Source: an uncultured bacterium (GTDB taxonomy: Bacteria > Patescibacteriota > Minisyncoccia > Phycocordibacterales > GWA1-40-21). Taken from it: 64,000 bases of DNA. The position numbers and the translations under genes were made by a program. This document shows positions 36,994-45,489 of the stretch, piece by piece. The stretch spans positions 144-64,143 of the forward strand of contig CAILDB010000014.1 in the NCBI GenBank assembly GCA_903832855.1, given 5' to 3'. A model generated the notes under the pieces. That model saw only the letters and a list, made by a program, of their open reading frames with translations, had not been told where the DNA came from and did no database searches. Each line of letters opens with the position of its first letter. Within the stretch, counting starts at the first letter, position 1.

Positions 36994-39522
36994 CTAATTC
37001 GTATTAAACAAAATAGTTTTTTCTGCTTTATTATAGACAGTGTCGGAGACGATGACTTTCAGCTCGTTATTTATTGGTTTTAAATTATTTGTTTCGCTTG
37101 GGACAAAGGAAATGTTGAAAGGAACATTTTTTGATGTGCCGAGATACTGACCATTTAGATAAAAATCAGCTTTTGCTGGGGCGTATTTAGAAACCACAGA
37201 AACTATCGGAGTCATTCTTTGGTCTTTGTTATAAATAGTATTTTCTGTCGGAGCGAGGAAAGTTATTTGTGGAAGGTTCGCCACTGTATGCACATCATCT
37301 GTTTGTGTTGGCTTTGTACTTGGTGTAATAGGGTTTGATAAAAGCCATTTTTGCACTGAATATTCCCAGTGCGAATATTGCATATCATCGTTTGGGTTTG
37401 CTAGTGCCGGACCGAGGGGATTATTTTTATCTACCCAGAATAATAACGAATGAATGTTCGTAACAGATTTTTCTACTCTAGTTTCTGGCGGAGTCAGGTC
37501 TGTCGCAAGTTTGCCGGAAATTTTGTCTATAAAATAAGTTTCATTTCCTTGCCACAAACCACGAAGAACGGGTTTAAGGTTTTGATCTGTCTGCGGAGGA
37601 GTAGGGAATTGTTCCACAGGCATATTTGGTAAAACCGTGTCCATAAAAGCTCTCCACATTGGAGCGATAATCATACCCGCCACCTTTTTTTCCATCGGAG
37701 AGTTATCATTGTTTCCTGCCCACGCGCCCACTGCCAAACTTGGCGTGTATCCGACTATCCAAACATCTTTGTAATCGTTTGTGGTACCGGTTTTTACTGC
37801 AACTGGTCTGCCAGGAAAATAAAGTGGAGAATTTTCTCCGTATGCGGGGGTTCTCGCGATATTATCTGTCAAAATATCAGAAATCTCTGCAGCGATATTT
37901 CCATCAAGAACGCTCACAGACCTTGGTTTATAATTTTCTATTATATTTCCGTTTTTATCTGTGACTGAAATTATAGAGACATAAGGGTTTCTTACTCCAT
38001 CATTTGCAAAAACGCCGTATGCGCTAGTAAGATCAAGAGGCGAGACCTCTCCACCTCCGAGGACGAGTGTGAGACCATATTGATCTGGATTATTTGATAA
38101 AGTTGTAATCCCCATATCCTGCGCTATTTTGATTGAGTCCCTTATTCCAGTAAGATAAAGCGTTTCTACCGATGGAATATTTCTGGATTGTGCAAGAGCG
38201 TCCCTTAGGGTCATTGGGCCAAGATAAAGTCCGTCATAATCGTCTGGCATATAACATTGCTTTGGATCACCGGATGGATTTATTGGGTTTCCGTCAGGAG
38301 TACAAGTGCTTTGGAATTCTGTCGGAACATCAAATAAAACAGTATCTGGAGTGTAACCTTTTTCAAAAGCAGTCGCATAAACAAAAGGTTTAAATGTAGA
38401 ACCCGGCTGTCTGTTTGCTATAGCAACATTGAAGTTTCCGTCTATCGCCTTATCAAAATAGTCACGAGAGCCCACCATTGATAAGATTTGCCCTGTTTTA
38501 GGGTCTATGGCCACAAGTGCCGCATTCTCTGCATTGAAAGCCACCTCATTTTTTAGGGCATATTCTTTGACCACGGCTTCAGCTTTTGTTTGCATATCAT
38601 AGTCTAGGGTTGTGATGACCTTATAGCCATTTACTGCTACCGCCTCTTCTCCATATTTATTAGTTAGATATTGTTTTACAAATTCCACAAAATGCGGAGC
38701 TCGAATACCAAAAGGATCTCGGGGTTGAAAGACAACCTTCTCATTTTTTGCTGAAGCGAATTCTTCTTTCGTAATAAATTTATTGTCTAGCATTTTTTGT
38801 AGAACAAGATTTTTTCTTATTTCAAGTCGTGCCATATTGTTGCCATATGGAGAATAAAAAGTTGGTGCTTGTGGTATTGCTGCGAGATATGCCGCCTCGG
38901 CGAGAGTGATATCGGCAGAACTTTTTCCAAAAAACATACGGCTTGCTTCTTCCACACCATAAATATTTCCTCCATAAGGGGTTTCATTTAAATAGACAGA
39001 AAGAATTTGATCTTTGGAATAAATTTGTTCTATTTTTAGGGAAAGGTAAAGTTCTTTGATTTTTCTTGCGATACTTTTGTCTGTCGTTAGAAGTGTGTTT
39101 TTTACAACCTGCTGAGTGATAGTAGAGCCACCTTGTGCATATCCTCCAGAAAAGAAGTTTGCTAAAGTTGCTCTGATCAAAGAAGTAATTCTTATGCCGT
39201 GATGACTATAAAATTCTGCGTCTTCAATCGCGACTGATGCGTTTTTAATATTTCTTGAAATTGTGTCAAAAGGTACTGCAGTTCTCTTGGTTCCTTGGTT
39301 GACATCATAAAGGAGAATTTTGCCGGTTCTGTCATAAATTTTCGTTGATTCTGCCACTTTTCTTGTCTCAAAAGAGTCCAAATCAGGCATTGTGAGAGTG
39401 GAAAGCCAGAAGGCGAGGATGCCGACAGTCAAAAAACCAAGAGTTAATATTCCAAAAACAGCTATTTTTATCCACTTCCTTGTTTTTTTGTGTAGGCGAA
39501 GATATTTTTGCTTGATTGTCAT
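36994..39522 (-). CDS. Class A penicillin-binding protein (transglycosylase plus transpeptidase).
   Basis: GT motif EDAEFYSHHGI; TP motifs STFKP and KTGTT. Start placed at MTIKQKY, excluding the upstream extension that overlaps tyrS. Confidence 0.8.
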   Translation of the reverse strand: MTIKQKYLRLHKKTRKWIKIAVFGILTLGFLTVGILAFWLSTLTMPDLDSFETRKVAESTKIYDRTGKILLYDVNQGTKRTAVPFDTISRNIKNASVAIEDAEFYSHHGIRITSLIRATLANFFSGGYAQGGSTITQQVVKNTLLTTDKSIARKIKELYLSLKIEQIYSKDQILSVYLNETPYGGNIYGVEEASRMFFGKSSADITLAEAAYLAAIPQAPTFYSPYGNNMARLEIRKNLVLQKMLDNKFITKEEFASAKNEKVVFQPRDPFGIRAPHFVEFVKQYLTNKYGEEAVAVNGYKVITTLDYDMQTKAEAVVKEYALKNEVAFNAENAALVAIDPKTGQILSMVGSRDYFDKAIDGNFNVAIANRQPGSTFKPFVYATAFEKGYTPDTVLFDVPTEFQSTCTPDGNPINPSGDPKQCYMPDDYDGLYLGPMTLRDALAQSRNIPSVETLYLTGIRDSIKIAQDMGITTLSNNPDQYGLTLVLGGGEVSPLDLTSAYGVFANDGVRNPYVSIISVTDKNGNIIENYKPRSVSVLDGNIAAEISDILTDNIARTPAYGENSPLYFPGRPVAVKTGTTNDYKDVWIVGYTPSLAVGAWAGNNDNSPMEKKVAGMIIAPMWRAFMDTVLPNMPVEQFPTPPQTDQNLKPVLRGLWQGNETYFIDKISGKLATDLTPPETRVEKSVTNIHSLLFWVDKNNPLGPALANPNDDMQYSHWEYSVQKWLLSNPITPSTKPTQTDDVHTVANLPQITFLAPTENTIYNKDQRMTPIVSVVSKYAPAKADFYLNGQYLGTSKNVPFNISFVPSETNNLKPINNELKVIVSDTVYNKAEKTILFNTN

Positions 39523-39592
39523 TCTCAAAATGATACCACAAAAATGAAACCTTAGACAGGACAAAAAACTTTTCTTGTGATATATTTTAGGG

Positions 39593-40807
39593 ATGAAAAT
39601 AGACACAGATGAGAAAAAAATAGATGAATTATTAACCCGCAGTGTTGTTAGTATTCTTCCGTCTAAGGACGATTTTAAAAAACTTTTATTAAGTGGCAAG
39701 AAATTAAGGATTTATGTTGGTGCAGATGCTACTGGAGCAAAGTTACACATAGGACATTCAACTAATTTTATGATTCTGGAAAAGTTTAGACAACTTGGCC
39801 ATGAAGTGATTATTTTATTCGGAGATTTTACTGCAAAAATTGGAGACCCTAGTGGTAAAGATAATGCTAGAAAACCACTGACAGATAATGAAGTCAAACA
39901 AAATCTAAAAACATGGGAAAAACAGCTAGGCAAAATTATAAAAATCAGTCATTTTAATAATGGAGCAAAAGTTGTCAGAAATAGTGAATGGCTTTCAAAA
40001 ATGAATTTTTCCGATGTAGTAAAATTGGCTTCAAACTTTACTGTTCAGCAAATGATGGAGAGGGATATGTTTCAAAAAAGATTGGAAGAAAAGAAACCTA
40101 TTTATTTGCATGAATTTTTTTATCCACTAATGCAAGGGCAGGATTCTGTGGTCTTGGATGTGGATGTAGAAATTGGGGGCAACGACCAAACCTTTAATAT
40201 GCTTGCTGGGCGAACCTTACAAAAAATTGCAAGAAATAAAGAAAAATTTGTGATGCCAACTACATTATTAATTAATCCTAAAACTGGGAAAAAATTGATG
40301 AGTAAGAGTGAAGGGAATGTAATTGGTTTGGATGATGAGTATAATGATATGTTCGGTAAGGCAATGTCCTTGCCAGACGAAACAATCATTTCCGTTTTTG
40401 TTGATTGTACTTATGTCTCAATGGAAGAAGTTGAAAAAATAAAAAAAGAAATGGAAAGCGGGGCCAATCCGCGAGACGCTAAGCTAAAATTAGCAAAAGA
40501 AATCGTGACTATTTATCATGGAAAAGATATGGCTGAAAAAGCCGAGCAGAATTTTATAAATACTTTTAAAAAAGGCGGATTGCCAGAGAATTTAGAGGAG
40601 GTAAAAGTGGTAGCGGGGGAATTGCTAGGCAAAATTCTTGTTTCAGGAGGGATTGTTTCTTCCAACACTGATTTTAGAAGACTCGTGGGAGAAGGAGCGG
40701 TCTCTGATGTAGTATCTGGAGAAAAAATAGAAAAAGTTGACTTTAAAATTGAAAAAAGTATAGTAGTGAAAGTCGGAAAAAAGAGGTTTGTAAAAATTGT
40801 TATTTAA
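39593..40807 (+). CDS. tyrS: Tyrosyl-tRNA synthetase with C-terminal S4 domain.
   Basis: HIGH (KLHIGHS) and KMSKS (KLMSKSEGN). Confidence 0.8.
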   Translation: MKIDTDEKKIDELLTRSVVSILPSKDDFKKLLLSGKKLRIYVGADATGAKLHIGHSTNFMILEKFRQLGHEVIILFGDFTAKIGDPSGKDNARKPLTDNEVKQNLKTWEKQLGKIIKISHFNNGAKVVRNSEWLSKMNFSDVVKLASNFTVQQMMERDMFQKRLEEKKPIYLHEFFYPLMQGQDSVVLDVDVEIGGNDQTFNMLAGRTLQKIARNKEKFVMPTTLLINPKTGKKLMSKSEGNVIGLDDEYNDMFGKAMSLPDETIISVFVDCTYVSMEEVEKIKKEMESGANPRDAKLKLAKEIVTIYHGKDMAEKAEQNFINTFKKGGLPENLEEVKVVAGELLGKILVSGGIVSSNTDFRRLVGEGAVSDVVSGEKIEKVDFKIEKSIVVKVGKKRFVKIVI

Positions 40808-40812
40808 GATCT

Positions 40813-40961
40813 GATAAATCAAAAAATTTTGCTAGGGGTGGCGATCCTGTTCCTTTTGAACTGACTTGGGAGCGCGACTGGCGCGAGCACGAGGAATTTT
40901 TTAGCAAAAAAATATCCGTGCAGTTCAAAAGGAATAGGTCGACAGGACCCCGTGAAATTTT
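40813..40961 (+). repeat. Family-1 element, copy 2, nested in a different perfect outer palindrome gataaatcaaaaaattt / aaattttttgatttatc.
   Basis: Inner small stem gcgc/gcgc versus ggct/agcc in copy 1 (3 compensatory pairs). Confidence 0.6.
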
Positions 40962-40981
40962 TTGATTTATCCTATAAAAAG

Positions 40982-40990
40982 TTATCCACA
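40982..40990 (+). promoter_or_regulatory. Perfect DnaA box TTATCCACA.
   Basis: Exact 9-mer. Confidence 0.45.
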
Positions 40991-41079
40991 GTTTTATTAC
41001 TTTTACCATTTGCAAAAAAAATATAATATTAGAAAATATACATAATGCTCAAATATGAGCGATTAAAAAAATATAAATA

Positions 41080-41331
41080 ATGAAAAATAAAGATAAAAGT
41101 AAAACAAGAGGTGAAGAAATAGATGGTGTTAAAGAAAAAGAAGATGGTGATGAGGAAAAAGTAAAAGAAACAAATCCAGATGTATTAGATGCGGCTTTTG
41201 AGGCAGAGGTTCCAGTCGTGGGGACAGAAGAGGTAGGTGAAGTGGGAGAGGATGCCGAGGGACTTGCGATTGATGATCCAGAGGATGATATGATAGATTC
41301 AGGAGATTTTAGAGTTTTGAATGAGTGGTAA
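41080..41331 (+). CDS. Small acidic (D/E-rich) hypothetical protein. The strand choice is uncertain against the overlapping minus-strand S/P-rich ORF.
   Basis: Purine-rich on plus; low complexity. Confidence 0.3.
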   Translation: MKNKDKSKTRGEEIDGVKEKEDGDEEKVKETNPDVLDAAFEAEVPVVGTEEVGEVGEDAEGLAIDDPEDDMIDSGDFRVLNEW

Positions 41332-41338
41332 CAGGTGT

Positions 41339-41471
41339 AGGAAAAGACGCGAGAAAATTTTTCTAACAGCCTCTTCGCAAAGTACTTAAAAACGTCCCAA
41401 GTCCGGACAGGGACGTTTGTAAGCACTTTGCTTCGCGTCTGTTTTAAGAAAAATTTTCTCGCGTCTTTTTC
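41339..41471 (-). repeat. GTCCC...GGGAC-family repeat in reverse orientation, nested in the outer palindrome aggaaaagacgcgagaaaatttttctaacag / ctgttttaagaaaaattttctcgcgtctttttc between convergent genes.
   Basis: Reverse complement matches 58842-58925. Confidence 0.55.
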
Positions 41472-41473
41472 TT

Positions 41474-41971
41474 TTACTTAACTCTACTTGTTGCAAAAAA
41501 AGTCAGCCCTATCGCTATCGCATCATACTCATCGTCATGTTTAATTTCTTTTTCTATTTTCACCAATCTTTTTACCATCTCCGTAATCTGAATTTTATCA
41601 CTTTTTCCATATCCCGTCACTGCAATCTTTACCGCCATCGGCGAATATTCGTAAATTTCTAAACCATTTCTTTTGCCTTCATACATTATCACCCCACGAG
41701 CTTCTGCGACCTGCATCGCAGATTTCTGATTTTTTGCAAAAAATAAAGTTTCTATCGCGAGCCTCTCCGGTTTGTATTTTTTAATCACTTCTTCCAACTC
41801 TTTTCCAATCAAATTTAATCTTTCACTATGAGGCAATTTTGCAGAAGTCTTGAAGCATTCCGAAAAAAGCAATTTTTCTTTGCCATTTTCTTTTTCAAGG
41901 ACTGCCACACCGAGCCTTTCATATCCCGGATCTACCGCTATAATTCTAGTTATTTTTGTGATATTTGACAT
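41474..41971 (-). CDS. ruvC: Holliday junction resolvase RuvC.
   Basis: IIAVDPGYERLGVAV...DEYDAIAIGL. Confidence 0.85.
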   Translation of the reverse strand: MSNITKITRIIAVDPGYERLGVAVLEKENGKEKLLFSECFKTSAKLPHSERLNLIGKELEEVIKKYKPERLAIETLFFAKNQKSAMQVAEARGVIMYEGKRNGLEIYEYSPMAVKIAVTGYGKSDKIQITEMVKRLVKIEKEIKHDDEYDAIAIGLTFFATSRVK

Positions 41972-42051
41972 AAGTTTTGTGTTTGCTATACTGTAACTCT
42001 ATATGGCCTTCGGGCTCGGAACCGCTTTCGAAAGAAGGCGGTTTCATATTT

Positions 42052-42456
42052 TTACTCTTCCATATCTATTATTTCCTTCATCATTTTTTTTATTTCTAAA
42101 TAATCTTCTCCTTTAATATACCCCATTTTATCTATCAATCTTTTACTGTCTATTAATTTTATCTGAGAAAGATTTGCAGTATTTCTAACTTTCAATTCTA
42201 AAATCTTAAAACTATAATAATATTTCCCTTTTTTATTTTTTGTCGTTAAGGGCAATGCCCAAAATGTTTCTGCATTAAATTTTTTAAATATCAAAACAGG
42301 TCTCTTAAATTCCTCGTGCTTTCCATCTTGTTCATATCCAACATTAAGACCCAAATGACACCACCACACTTCTTTTTCTCTAAAAAAGATATCCTTCATA
42401 TCTTTTTCGTCGATAACTTTTTTCCTATTATTCCACTTATCAAACTCTTTTTGCAT
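42052..42456 (-). CDS. MazF/PemK-family toxin-like protein (orphan; no adjacent antitoxin ORF).
   Basis: EVWWCHLGLNVGYEQDGK...KRPVLIF...SQIKLIDSKRL pattern. Confidence 0.45.
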   Translation of the reverse strand: MQKEFDKWNNRKKVIDEKDMKDIFFREKEVWWCHLGLNVGYEQDGKHEEFKRPVLIFKKFNAETFWALPLTTKNKKGKYYYSFKILELKVRNTANLSQIKLIDSKRLIDKMGYIKGEDYLEIKKMMKEIIDMEE

Positions 42457-42584
42457 AATAAAAAATATTATATCACAAAACCAATGGCTTTTTGTTTTAT
42501 GATTATTTTGATATGATAAATATACAGTGGCTTTGGCCTTGCCCTCTTCGGAGGGAGAAAGTAAAAAGTACCGAAAGGTTCCGA

Positions 42585-42612
42585 GAAACCCCGCTAATTA
42601 ATTAGCGGGGTT
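42585..42612. terminator. Perfect palindromic hairpin ccccgctaatt/aattagcgggg.
   Basis: Read directly. Confidence 0.45.
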
Positions 42613-42620
42613 TCGATTTT

Positions 42621-43151
42621 CTACTCCGCATTCGTATACACATCCTGCACCTCATCGTTTTCTTCTAGATCGTCAATTAGTTTTTCTAGTTTCGGTTCAT
42701 CTTCTTCGGAAACAGGGGTCGTCATTTTTGGAGTCCATTCACCATCTTTTTTTTCAAATGCCCAAGATGCACTTCCTGGAGCGGCGAGGGAAGAGCCATT
42801 TTCCGAAAGAATATGTTTTACTTCTCCAGCAGCTTTGTTTCTGTTGTCGGTAAGAGCTTCAATAATAATTGCGACTCCACCAGGACCATATGCTTCATAA
42901 GTTACGGATTCCATTTCCGCACCGCCTTTTTCAGATGCTTTTTTGACCGCTCTATCAATACTGTCGTTTGGCATATCTATTGACCTCGCTTTTTCTATTG
43001 CAGAACGAAGTTCAGGAGAATTTACATCACCTTTTGATTTTCTTGAGGCAACCGAAATCAGCTTTACCATTTTTGAAAAAACTTTGCTTTTCTGTGCATC
43101 ATTTTTTGCTTTTAGCCTCTTAATTTTAGAAAATTTATTGTGTCCGGACAT
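42621..43151 (-). CDS. YebC/PmpR-family regulator (reduced; lacks part of the middle domain).
   Basis: GHNKFSKIKRLKAKNDAQKSKVFSKMVKLI... Confidence 0.7.
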   Translation of the reverse strand: MSGHNKFSKIKRLKAKNDAQKSKVFSKMVKLISVASRKSKGDVNSPELRSAIEKARSIDMPNDSIDRAVKKASEKGGAEMESVTYEAYGPGGVAIIIEALTDNRNKAAGEVKHILSENGSSLAAPGSASWAFEKKDGEWTPKMTTPVSEEDEPKLEKLIDDLEENDEVQDVYTNAE

Positions 43152-43258
43152 AATAAGAACATCTTATCAGAATTGTGGATTTTTTCAATGCAAAATAATA
43201 ATAACTGTGCTATTCTTTGTTTTAGAAAATAGTCCTTTACATCAAACAAGGGGGTGTT

Positions 43259-43714
43259 ATGAAGTCGCGTTTTATTGTTGATAGTTTCCGCCTATGGATA
43301 GATTACGGTTGGTATCATCGTTTGGCTATAGTGGCCATTTTTCATTTTAACAGGCAAATCACTTATAAAGAGGTTCGCCAAAGAATGAAAAGAGTTGGTT
43401 TCCATCCTGGAAATTACAACTGTCTTGTCGCTGCTTGGCGAGCTAGGCAGGTTCTCCCAAACGCGGTGATCGTCGCTCCGGCTACGAAGGATATTGTAGA
43501 CGGAACTGCTAAATCTCCATATTTTTGGATAGCAGATGAAGAGATTTCTTTGGATTATGTTTACCGATATGGACGCCCGGAAATTTGGCAGAAACACTGG
43601 CATTTTTTTGCCGTAAAATGGATAGGTAAGCCAGAGTCATATCCTCTTCCTGTCCGGTCAAGTCCTGATTTTTGGAAATTAGTTGAGGGGATGAAAAGGA
43701 CAATAGTCGTTTGA
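43259..43714 (+). CDS. Hypothetical protein with higher GC; possible Cys/His papain-like fold (NCLVAAW...HWHFF).
   Basis: ORF plus a strong terminator. Confidence 0.4.
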   Translation: MKSRFIVDSFRLWIDYGWYHRLAIVAIFHFNRQITYKEVRQRMKRVGFHPGNYNCLVAAWRARQVLPNAVIVAPATKDIVDGTAKSPYFWIADEEISLDYVYRYGRPEIWQKHWHFFAVKWIGKPESYPLPVRSSPDFWKLVEGMKRTIVV

Positions 43715-43721
43715 AGTCCGA

Positions 43722-43754
43722 GGGCGGTTCGTTGCGAACCGCCCTTTTCTTTTT
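43722..43754 (+). terminator. Strong rho-independent terminator gggcggttcg-ttgc-cgaaccgccc plus a T-run.
   Basis: Read directly. Confidence 0.7.
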
Positions 43755-43832
43755 CAAATTGACAAAAAATATTCCTGCGAGTATAGTTAATAACGGAAGA
43801 GGACACTAAATAATGTTAGTAAGGAGATTCTA

Positions 43833-44051
43833 ATGATACATGCAAGCACATTACTCAACAAGTTGTTTGAGGCGGGATGGAATGAGTGTGAAATTGAGGA
43901 GGCCTGTTCCGAAACATCCGATCTTTTTGCCCAACTTCATGAAGTGAAGATGGGAAATGCCAAGATCGTGACGAATGAAGATTGGGAAGAATTCATTACC
44001 TTTCGTTCGCGCAGTCAGTACAGTCGTGAAGATGGGCGAAGGTTTCGATAA
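43833..44051 (+). CDS. Small acidic hypothetical protein (72 aa).
   Basis: ORF followed by a sister terminator. Confidence 0.35.
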   Translation: MIHASTLLNKLFEAGWNECEIEEACSETSDLFAQLHEVKMGNAKIVTNEDWEEFITFRSRSQYSREDGRRFR

Positions 44052-44074
44052 ACATGCGTGAAGTAGTATGATAA

Positions 44075-44111
44075 GGGCCGGTTCGCGGAGCGAACCGGCC
44101 CATATTTTTTT
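44075..44111 (+). terminator. Strong terminator gggccggttcg-cggag-cgaaccggccc plus TTTTTTT.
   Basis: Same ggttcg...cgaacc design as 43722-43754. Confidence 0.7.
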
Positions 44112-44113
44112 CT

Positions 44114-45196
44114 TTATTTCTCCAAATCCAACCCCAGAAGTTTTTTGCCAATATGTTTCCTTGCTCTATCCGTAATCACGCGTCCGCGAGAAGTTCTTTC
44201 TATGAAACCGAGTTGAAGTAAGTATGGTTCGTAGACATCTTCTATCGTCGCTTGCTCTTCGGAAAGGGCGGCAGCAAGAGTATTGAGTCCTACAGGCCCG
44301 CCATTAAATTTATTTTCTATCGTTTCAAGCAAAGTTCTGTCCGAAGCACCGAGCCCGACATCATCAATACCCAGAAGATTGAGTGCTTCCATCACCATCG
44401 CCTTGGAAAGTTTTTCTCCGCGAATTTGTGCAAGGTCACGACATCTTTTTAGAAAATAATTTGCAGTTCTCGGCGTGAAGCGACTTCTTTTTGCAATTTC
44501 TTCTTTCGCTTCTTTTTCAATTTCAACTTTTAATATTTTTGCAGAGCGATTTATGATTTGTTCTATCTCATCATTTGTATAAAACTCCAATCTGAAGACT
44601 CCTCCAGAAAATCTGGAGCGAAGTGGCGCAGAAAGTAATGCAATTCTAGTAGTCGCGGCAATCAAAGTGAAAGGCGGTAGGTCAAGTTGTATCGTTCTCG
44701 CCGATGGCCCCTTGCCAATAATAATATCAAGGTTGCCCGACTCCATAGCAGGGTAGAGAACCTCTTCAATTGCTTTGTTGAGGCGATGAATTTCGTCAAT
44801 AAATAAAATATCACCCGGTGAAAGGTTCGTAAGTATGGATGCGAGGTCACCAACCTTTTCTATTGCAGGCCCAGATGTACTTTTGAGCTGAGAAGACGTT
44901 TCTTTTGCAATCAAATGAGCGAGAGTAGTCTTTCCAAGTCCCGGCGGACCATAGAAAAGTAAATGCTCTGGTGGATGTTTCCTCTGTGAGGCCGCGGTGA
45001 GTAAGATTTTTAAATTTTCTTTGATGTTTTTTTGCCCTATGTATTCTGCCCAAGTAGTGGGTCTTAAAGTCTGGTCTAAAAAGTTGGCATCAGGGTTTTT
45101 AGGGCTTAAAACCTCGCTATTTTCGGTATCTTCTTTTTTTATATCATTTTTGCTTGACATAGGGTTAAAATATGCTATACTTGACACAGAGGCCAT
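44114..45196 (-). CDS. ruvB: Holliday junction helicase RuvB (start possibly at internal Met 13).
   Basis: LFYGPPGLGKTTLAHLIA; the RuvB sensor and winged-helix domains continue to the C-terminus. Confidence 0.85.
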   Translation of the reverse strand: MASVSSIAYFNPMSSKNDIKKEDTENSEVLSPKNPDANFLDQTLRPTTWAEYIGQKNIKENLKILLTAASQRKHPPEHLLFYGPPGLGKTTLAHLIAKETSSQLKSTSGPAIEKVGDLASILTNLSPGDILFIDEIHRLNKAIEEVLYPAMESGNLDIIIGKGPSARTIQLDLPPFTLIAATTRIALLSAPLRSRFSGGVFRLEFYTNDEIEQIINRSAKILKVEIEKEAKEEIAKRSRFTPRTANYFLKRCRDLAQIRGEKLSKAMVMEALNLLGIDDVGLGASDRTLLETIENKFNGGPVGLNTLAAALSEEQATIEDVYEPYLLQLGFIERTSRGRVITDRARKHIGKKLLGLDLEK

Positions 45197-45237
45197 TTTT
45201 GTTGGGCCTTTTTGTTTCTTTTAGAATTTTTTGAAAG

Positions 45238-45403
45238 TGGAGAGCATAAATCTCTAAACAATTGAATCTCGCAAGAGTATTTACGAATTTGTTTTCAAGG
45301 ACATTCTGGTTTTAATCTTCGGATTACTGCTGGGGTTATCCTTAAAGCCAAGTTTAACTTTACACGCCAAGTTTAAAGTATTGTTTAGAGATTTCTGCTC
45401 CCG
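45238..45403. repeat. Element bounded by a 21-bp imperfect inverted repeat (gagcataaatctctaaacaat / attgtttagagatttctgctc) with an internal direct repeat ccaagtttaa.
   Basis: Read directly. Confidence 0.35.
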
Positions 45404-45489
45404 ACTCTATTAATTTCAATGTCCTACTTTTCCAATACTATTCTCTTGTAAAATAAAATCAAGCAACTTAAAAAATTAAAGAACACTTC

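Noticed and set aside
36826-40961. Hammerhead-like ctgactgag within family-1 repeats
   Set aside because: Only a partial resemblance to CUGAUGAG; no matching GAAA or stem III context could be identified by eye.
41049-41426. 125-aa Ser/Pro-rich minus-strand ORF
   Set aside because: It mirrors the acidic plus-strand ORF and runs into the repeat element. The purine-rich plus strand was favoured as coding, but neither is certain.
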